Below, one piece after another: positions 18,208 through 23,367 of a stretch of 23,367 bases of DNA. The translations under genes were made by a program, and so were the position numbers. How positions within the stretch are numbered: the stretch's first letter is position 1; each line of letters begins with the position of its first letter. Origin of the DNA: a virus; UHGV virus genome UHGV-0063792; one strand, given 5' to 3'. The notes beneath the pieces were generated by a model, which worked only from the letters and a program-made list of their open reading frames with translations, had not been told where the DNA came from and did not search any database.

Positions 18208-18384
18208 TTATGCTTTCTGCTTACCAAAACGAGAAGCATCATCTCGAAGAACCGCACGTGCTCGGCGCATGATCTTCTCAACAGTTTGATTGATACGAGA
18301 GTTCGACCCACGCTTGTAGCCAGCGCGTTTAGAATCACCAACTTTCTTTTCAACTGCTTTCTTTGCTTTAGCTTGTTTTGCCAT
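18208..18384 (-). CDS. Small Lys/Arg-rich basic protein, 58 aa (possible alternative start at 18426 giving 72 aa)
   Basis: MAKQAKAKKAVEKKVGDSKRAGYKRGSNSRINQTVEKIMRRARAVLRDDASRFGKQKA; weak AAGAG SD; followed by the strong terminator. Confidence 0.5.
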   Translation of the reverse strand: MAKQAKAKKAVEKKVGDSKRAGYKRGSNSRINQTVEKIMRRARAVLRDDASRFGKQKA

Positions 18385-18426
18385 TATAAATTCTCTTTTA
18401 AATGAAAATGCAGGACTTATTGGCAT

Positions 18427-18782
18427 TGCCTGCGCAAGCCCTCAAGGGGAACATAGGTTTTTTGATATTTAACGACCAGGATAACCATAAACCCGTCATC
18501 ATACCTTATAGCTCTTATCTGTTGCACACCGTTAGCTTAAAGGTTCCGGGTTCGATTTCTCGAGGATAAGATATATACTGATGGATATATAGGCCTTGAG
18601 GCGTACTCCCGATTGGCCATCACCTCGGGGTAGCATGCACTTGCCGCTATAAGAATAACATTCAAGAGGTACACCGTAAAACTGCCGGGGTCTTAAAACT
18701 ATAATGATTCGCAAATCATTAATCAGACAGTTCGACGGCTCCTCGTTTTAACTTCACACTAAGGCAGTGAATCTCCAATAAA
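18427..18782. other. 355-bp non-coding, locally GC-rich region with multiple hairpins between rIII and the small basic protein gene
   Basis: No ORF with an ATG start and RBS on either strand; inverted repeats at 18560-18600, 18608-18629, 18702-18721 and 18752-18770. Confidence 0.4.
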
Positions 18783-19031
18783 TTACTTCAGTGTTACCAC
18801 AAAGTGACGAACTGCTTTTCGTGCAGCAGAAGCCAGAGGCTTAGCATATTTAAGTTCATCTTTTTCCTGAAGCTCAGCAGCTAATGCAGTTTGAGCAGGA
18901 TTCAGATGTTTGAAATAACGCAGGATTTCAAGAGCTTCGGCTTCAACATCAATAGATGCGCCATAGTTTTCGTGACCATTATTCCATGCGTTTCGTTGCA
19001 GTTCAAGAGCGTGTTGTAATTGTTTAATCAT
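18783..19031 (-). CDS. rIII: RIII lysis-inhibition accessory protein, 82 aa
   Basis: 82-aa ORF MIKQLQHALELQRNAWNNGHENYGASIDVEAEALEILRYFKHL, matching T4 RIII in sequence and length. Confidence 0.85.
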   Translation of the reverse strand: MIKQLQHALELQRNAWNNGHENYGASIDVEAEALEILRYFKHLNPAQTALAAELQEKDELKYAKPLASAARKAVRHFVVTLK

Positions 19032-19170
19032 TTAAAAATTCTCGTTAGAGATTAAAACTCGGTAGTCACGTTCTTCTGAATTTCATCTTCTTTCGACAGA
19101 TCTCTCAGTTGTAGACTACCACATAGAATTGTTCGGTTAACTTATTATTCCGACACCAAATTCATATTAT

Positions 19171-19178
19171 TATTTATA
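19171..19178 (-). promoter_or_regulatory. Possible late promoter TATAAATA upstream of rIII
   Basis: Exact TATAAATA on the minus strand just after the gene 31 stop, about 140 nt upstream of the rIII ATG; the long spacing lowers confidence. Confidence 0.25.
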
Positions 19179-19514
19179 TCACTTATAAAGACACGGAATA
19201 GCTTTATAGTGACAGGTAACGAATTTTTGTTTAATTTCTTTTGGCTGCTTAAAACCCAGAGCTACAAAAGGGTGTGGAACGTTTCGAATTTGACCAACTG
19301 GAAGAGAAGTCAAATCACCAACTTCACAGAAACCTTCAGGAACATCAGGACCGACAGAGTGAACTACACACAGTTCAGGAACTTCACCTTGAACACGTTT
19401 ACCGATAATAAGTCCTGATTCTGTAACTTCTTCATCACCGGCTTGTGCAGGTTCAGAAACTAAAATAACATATTCACCGACAGCACGAATTGGTAGCTGT
19501 TGTACTTCAGACAT
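19179..19514 (-). CDS. 31: gp31 co-chaperonin (GroES analogue for capsid protein folding), 111 aa
   Basis: 111-aa [33 protein letters not shown] with AAGGA SD; matches T4 gp31. Confidence 0.9.
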   Translation of the reverse strand: MSEVQQLPIRAVGEYVILVSEPAQAGDEEVTESGLIIGKRVQGEVPELCVVHSVGPDVPEGFCEVGDLTSLPVGQIRNVPHPFVALGFKQPKEIKQKFVTCHYKAIPCLYK

Positions 19515-19544
19515 CGTTTTTCCTTTTTGTTAACAGATGAATTA

Positions 19545-19569
19545 ATAATAACAAATAATTCTTAAAGCA
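19545..19569 (-). promoter_or_regulatory. Candidate MotA-dependent middle promoter for gene 31
   Basis: Minus strand aaTGCTTTA (MotA box), 12 nt, TATTAT; about 30 nt upstream of the gene 31 ATG. Confidence 0.4.
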
Positions 19570-19570
19570 T

Positions 19571-19879
19571 TTATTTACCAATAAATTGGAGCAAATGCTC
19601 AACTTTCATACCATTAACGGAAATCAATTTGTCAATAGAAAAACCTCGCCATGCACCAAGTTCAACATCAAATACTGGAATCATATCAGTAGATTCTTTC
19701 CGAGTAGATTCAGTCAATTTACCAGTTTGCATGGTTGGCATAAAGTCAGCATCGCGAGTACCTTTCATAACACGAATAGTACCATCAGACTTTTCAAAAA
19801 CTACGTTTGAAACACCCATGGACAATTTAGTTTTCAAAATTTCACGAATTGCTACTTTTTGTTCAGTCGTCAGTTTCAT
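19571..19879 (-). CDS. Hypothetical protein, 102 aa (31.1-like position)
   Basis: ORF whose ATG directly follows the TAA that closes the start-less frame upstream (TAAATG). Confidence 0.6.
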   Translation of the reverse strand: MKLTTEQKVAIREILKTKLSMGVSNVVFEKSDGTIRVMKGTRDADFMPTMQTGKLTESTRKESTDMIPVFDVELGAWRGFSIDKLISVNGMKVEHLLQFIGK

Positions 19880-20118
19880 TTATTTACCTATTACAGTTTT
19901 AATATGAGTTGTTCCACGTTCTTTAAGAGTGGAAAGTAATTTTTGGCATTTTTCTAAATCAGATTTCCAACTATGTGGTCTATCAATACAAACCCAGTTT
20001 GACTTATAATACTGCTTCCATTTAGAGAAAAAATACTTCTTATACTCTACAGCAAATGAAATGTTCTCGTTGGAATAAGAGAACTAATTGCTGTGAGCTG
20101 TACCAAACGAAATTTCAT
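19880..20118 (-). pseudogene. Frame-disrupted small gene between cd and the 102-aa ORF
   Basis: ATG at 20118..20116 (TAATG overlap with the cd stop) opens a 23-codon frame ending in TAG near 20050; the -1 frame is open without any ATG for 62 codons from about 20083 to TAA 19882..19880. Confidence 0.35.
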
Positions 20119-20699
20119 TATTCACCACAGAATTCGTTGATATTTTCCCAGTTTAACTTATTTAAGTTTTTCTTAGGAACATTAAACACTTCAATACCTG
20201 CATTTCGCAGAATATCATCCCAGCCAGGTTTATTTTTATCGTATGTTTCACAATAAACCAGCTTTTTAATTCCAGATTGAGCTATTGCTTTTGCACAATC
20301 TGGGCAAGGAGAAAGTGTTACATACATAGTAGCACCTTCAATTGAAGAACCGTTTCGTGCAGCAAACAAAATCGCATTTAGTTCAGCATGAATTTCATTT
20401 TTAGACGACCATTCAGAGTGCGCGCTACGATGTTCTTTCGCCAATACAAAACGATCAGTTGAACCAAACGATACACATTCAGGCTTATGACCTTGAATGA
20501 TAGTATGTTTAGGCTTATTCAGCAACCAACCTTGCTCAGCAGCATAATCACAGCAGTTCACACCACCTGCAGGTGAACCATTATATCCAGTAGAAATAAT
20601 ACGTCCATTCTTTTCAATTACTGCTCCTACTTTCCAGGAGCAACATTTTGATTCTTGTGATACTAAATATGCAATTTGAAGTACTGTACTCGCTTTCAT
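20118..20699 (-). CDS. cd: dCMP deaminase, 193 aa
   Basis: Cytidine/dCMP deaminase zinc motifs HAE (IHAELNAI) and PCxxC (SPCPDCAKAI); 193 aa as T4 Cd. Confidence 0.9.
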   Translation of the reverse strand: MKASTVLQIAYLVSQESKCCSWKVGAVIEKNGRIISTGYNGSPAGGVNCCDYAAEQGWLLNKPKHTIIQGHKPECVSFGSTDRFVLAKEHRSAHSEWSSKNEIHAELNAILFAARNGSSIEGATMYVTLSPCPDCAKAIAQSGIKKLVYCETYDKNKPGWDDILRNAGIEVFNVPKKNLNKLNWENINEFCGE

Positions 20700-21034
20700 T
20701 TCATAATCACCAGATAAGCAGATTTAGCAGTTTCAACACGATAAATTTCGTGACGAAGTTTAGTTATACTTTTAATAACAGAACTAATTATATTCTGCCC
20801 ATCTTTAAAGCGGTTTTTCTTATCAATAAAAATTGCACCAGCCATCTTTTTGTGAAGCTCAACTGGATACTTCGTCACAATAATAGCATCATACACAGAA
20901 GGATGAATACTATTCACTAGAGTATCGTTCATTAAAGTTATTCTAATGAACTGTGCTGTTTCAGAGTCAAGCGCTCTATGATCGCCAGTATCATTTTCAA
21001 GACAATTATCAATTATATCAGTTAAATTCATCAT
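20696..21034 (-). CDS. Hypothetical protein, 112 aa (cd.x-like)
   Basis: ORF with ATGA overlaps at both ends. Confidence 0.6.
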   Translation of the reverse strand: MMNLTDIIDNCLENDTGDHRALDSETAQFIRITLMNDTLVNSIHPSVYDAIIVTKYPVELHKKMAGAIFIDKKNRFKDGQNIISSVIKSITKLRHEIYRVETAKSAYLVIMK

Positions 21035-21267
21035 AGTACGCCATACACCCTTTGTGCTTCAACTAATCCATCAAAATCCAATTTGAGATGTGTTATTTGG
21101 TCACCATCACCTGGATTCACAATTACTAATACCGAACGAGGAGTTTCGGTAATAACACGAACCGACGTTTCAGGAAATCGTTCAGAAACCTTATTTACCA
21201 ATTCTTGAGCAAATAGTTTAACTTTTTCTTGGAATTCTTTAACAGTAATTGGTTTTTCGCTTAGCAT
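21031..21267 (-). CDS. Hypothetical protein, 78 aa (cd.x-like)
   Basis: ORF with ATG start; overlaps the upstream gene stop by 7 nt. Confidence 0.55.
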   Translation of the reverse strand: MLSEKPITVKEFQEKVKLFAQELVNKVSERFPETSVRVITETPRSVLVIVNPGDGDQITHLKLDFDGLVEAQRVYGVL

Positions 21268-21788
21268 GTTGATCCTAGCTCCTTACTTTCAACATTTTTA
21301 ACTAATTTGACAGAAACTAATTCAGCATCTTGGGTAATCATTACCGGACCTTCTTCATGCTCTTCAAGATATTCTAGAGCTTTCTTTTTAGCTTCTTCCT
21401 TCGTATCAGTTTGAGCATAGATATAGAACATACAACCAGTAATACCTACTACTTTCCACTTAATTTCTTTATCAGTTTTAATTTCAAATTTACTTACAGA
21501 ATCATCTTTTTGAACTTCTTCGAAAAAAGAATATTCTAACATATAAGCAATTGAAAATAACGGGCTAACTTTATAGGATTCACCCATTACATCAACAGCT
21601 TTATACCAACAATCATCAATTTCACGTTTAATGCTAATAACATTTTTCGCAGGATCTATTTTTACTTTAAATGAATTTTCCCCAATAAACTGGGCAATTC
21701 GTTTATTGGCCCCGCAAGTTTCATTAAAAATATCTTTATATCCAGCTTTAAAGCGATAAACCTTATCTTCTTCAAACCATTCGCTCAT
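21261..21788 (-). CDS. Hypothetical protein, 175 aa (cd.x-like)
   Basis: ORF with GAGGAAAT SD 9 nt before the ATG; downstream of the candidate early promoter at 21819-21848. Confidence 0.6.
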   Translation of the reverse strand: MSEWFEEDKVYRFKAGYKDIFNETCGANKRIAQFIGENSFKVKIDPAKNVISIKREIDDCWYKAVDVMGESYKVSPLFSIAYMLEYSFFEEVQKDDSVSKFEIKTDKEIKWKVVGITGCMFYIYAQTDTKEEAKKKALEYLEEHEEGPVMITQDAELVSVKLVKNVESKELGSTC

Positions 21789-21818
21789 TTCAATTTCCTC
21801 ATTTGTTTTGGTAGAGCT

Positions 21819-21848
21819 ATAATATCACAACTCTACCGTAAAGTAAAC
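21819..21848 (-). promoter_or_regulatory. Candidate early promoter
   Basis: Minus strand GTTTAC, 18 nt, TATTAT, with the -10 in the loop of the inverted repeat GGTAGAG/CTCTACC; same architecture as the promoter at 17729-17757. Confidence 0.4.
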
Positions 21849-21850
21849 TA

Positions 21851-22126
21851 TTAAATTGCTTTGAATTCTGATGTCTGTGATTCAAAGCGAATGTCGCCTT
21901 TGATAACTAGCTCAGCATCAAGACCAAATACAACAATGATATGCGCGGAACCTGGATACAACGTAATGGCAATAGAATCCACCTGGTCTGGAAGCAAAGC
22001 GTTCAATACATGAGTCACTTGAGCGTGGATTCGAAGTTCAGCTGCATTATCAAGCTTTTCAAACATGTTATTAGCGATAATTTGGCTAAACACTACTTCT
22101 ACGATTTTAGAGTAAGTCGGAAACAT
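21851..22126 (-). CDS. Hypothetical protein, 91 aa (cd.x-like)
   Basis: Start set at ATG 22126, 6 nt after GAGG; the track ORF 22156 start is a TTG. Confidence 0.5.
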   Translation of the reverse strand: MFPTYSKIVEVVFSQIIANNMFEKLDNAAELRIHAQVTHVLNALLPDQVDSIAITLYPGSAHIIVVFGLDAELVIKGDIRFESQTSEFKAI

Positions 22127-22128
22127 AT

Positions 22129-22329
22129 TTACCTCACATAATTTTCTTCGAGCCAATCAATAACATCCAAAGCGTTATCAAAAGTTGCGCCATCTACTTT
22201 GTCTTCTGTTTCATAATCAAGAACATCTAGGCCTACTCTTCCGTCAACAATAGGCCATAGACAAAATAGATATTTCTTTTCTTTTTCAATTTTATCACAA
22301 AGACGATAAATCTTTTCTAGGTTATTCAT
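22129..22329 (-). CDS. Hypothetical acidic protein, 66 aa (cd.x-like)
   Basis: ORF with ATG start and weak GGAA SD. Confidence 0.5.
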   Translation of the reverse strand: MNNLEKIYRLCDKIEKEKKYLFCLWPIVDGRVGLDVLDYETEDKVDGATFDNALDVIDWLEENYVR

Positions 22330-22517
22330 ACGTTTTCCATGGTAAAGGCAGTTTAGTTTTCTTTACTACTAGTTCAACATCAGGATTCTTTTCTCTTAAT
22401 TTAAGGCATTCCTCCCATGCTCTATTTTCACTAGTAAATACCCAAAATTGCCCATTACTAGTACCAACTAAACCGCTATTTACAATAACAAAGCCCAAGT
22501 TTCATGGTGCCAAGCCA

Positions 22518-23367
<850 letters not shown>

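Noticed and set aside
18541-18562. tRNA-like T-arm motif GGGTTCGATTTC in the non-coding island
   Set aside because: Flanking bases do not form a T-stem, acceptor stem or D-arm; no canonical cloverleaf could be built by eye, so no tRNA is called
18159-18714. ORFs 18159..18353(-) and 18532..18714(-)
   Set aside because: The first is an alternate frame of the basic-protein gene running through the terminator. The second begins at a TTG with no RBS and lies in the structured non-coding island; its first ATG leaves only about 34 codons

Overview
This window reads as a T4-like (Tevenvirinae) myovirus genome segment, shown in reverse orientation relative to the usual T4 map. Identification rests on recalled T4 protein sequences and family motifs only; no database search was possible. 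From left to right: the 5' end of hoc and inh (minus strand); uvsW and uvsW.1 (plus); uvsY.-2, uvsY.-1, uvsY and baseplate genes 25 and 26 (minus); baseplate hub genes 51, 27, 28, 29, 48 and 54 (plus); then one long minus-strand block with an alt.-3-like gene, alt (ADP-ribosyltransferase), gene 30 (DNA ligase), nine small 30.x-like ORFs including a HAD-like hydrolase and a NADAR/YbiA-like protein, rIII, gene 31, cd (dCMP deaminase), five cd.x-like ORFs and the 3' part of pseT, which runs off the window. Genes are tightly packed with many ATGA/TAATG overlaps. Candidate T4 late (TATAAATA), middle (MotA box) and early (GTTTAC -35) promoters and several rho-independent terminators are visible. No tRNA, rRNA, CRISPR array or transposon-like element was found. 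The most notable observations are two apparent frame breaks (the alt 3' end and a start-less ORF between cd and the next gene), a 355-bp GC-rich non-coding island next to rIII, and the NADAR-HAD-ligase-Alt neighbourhood.
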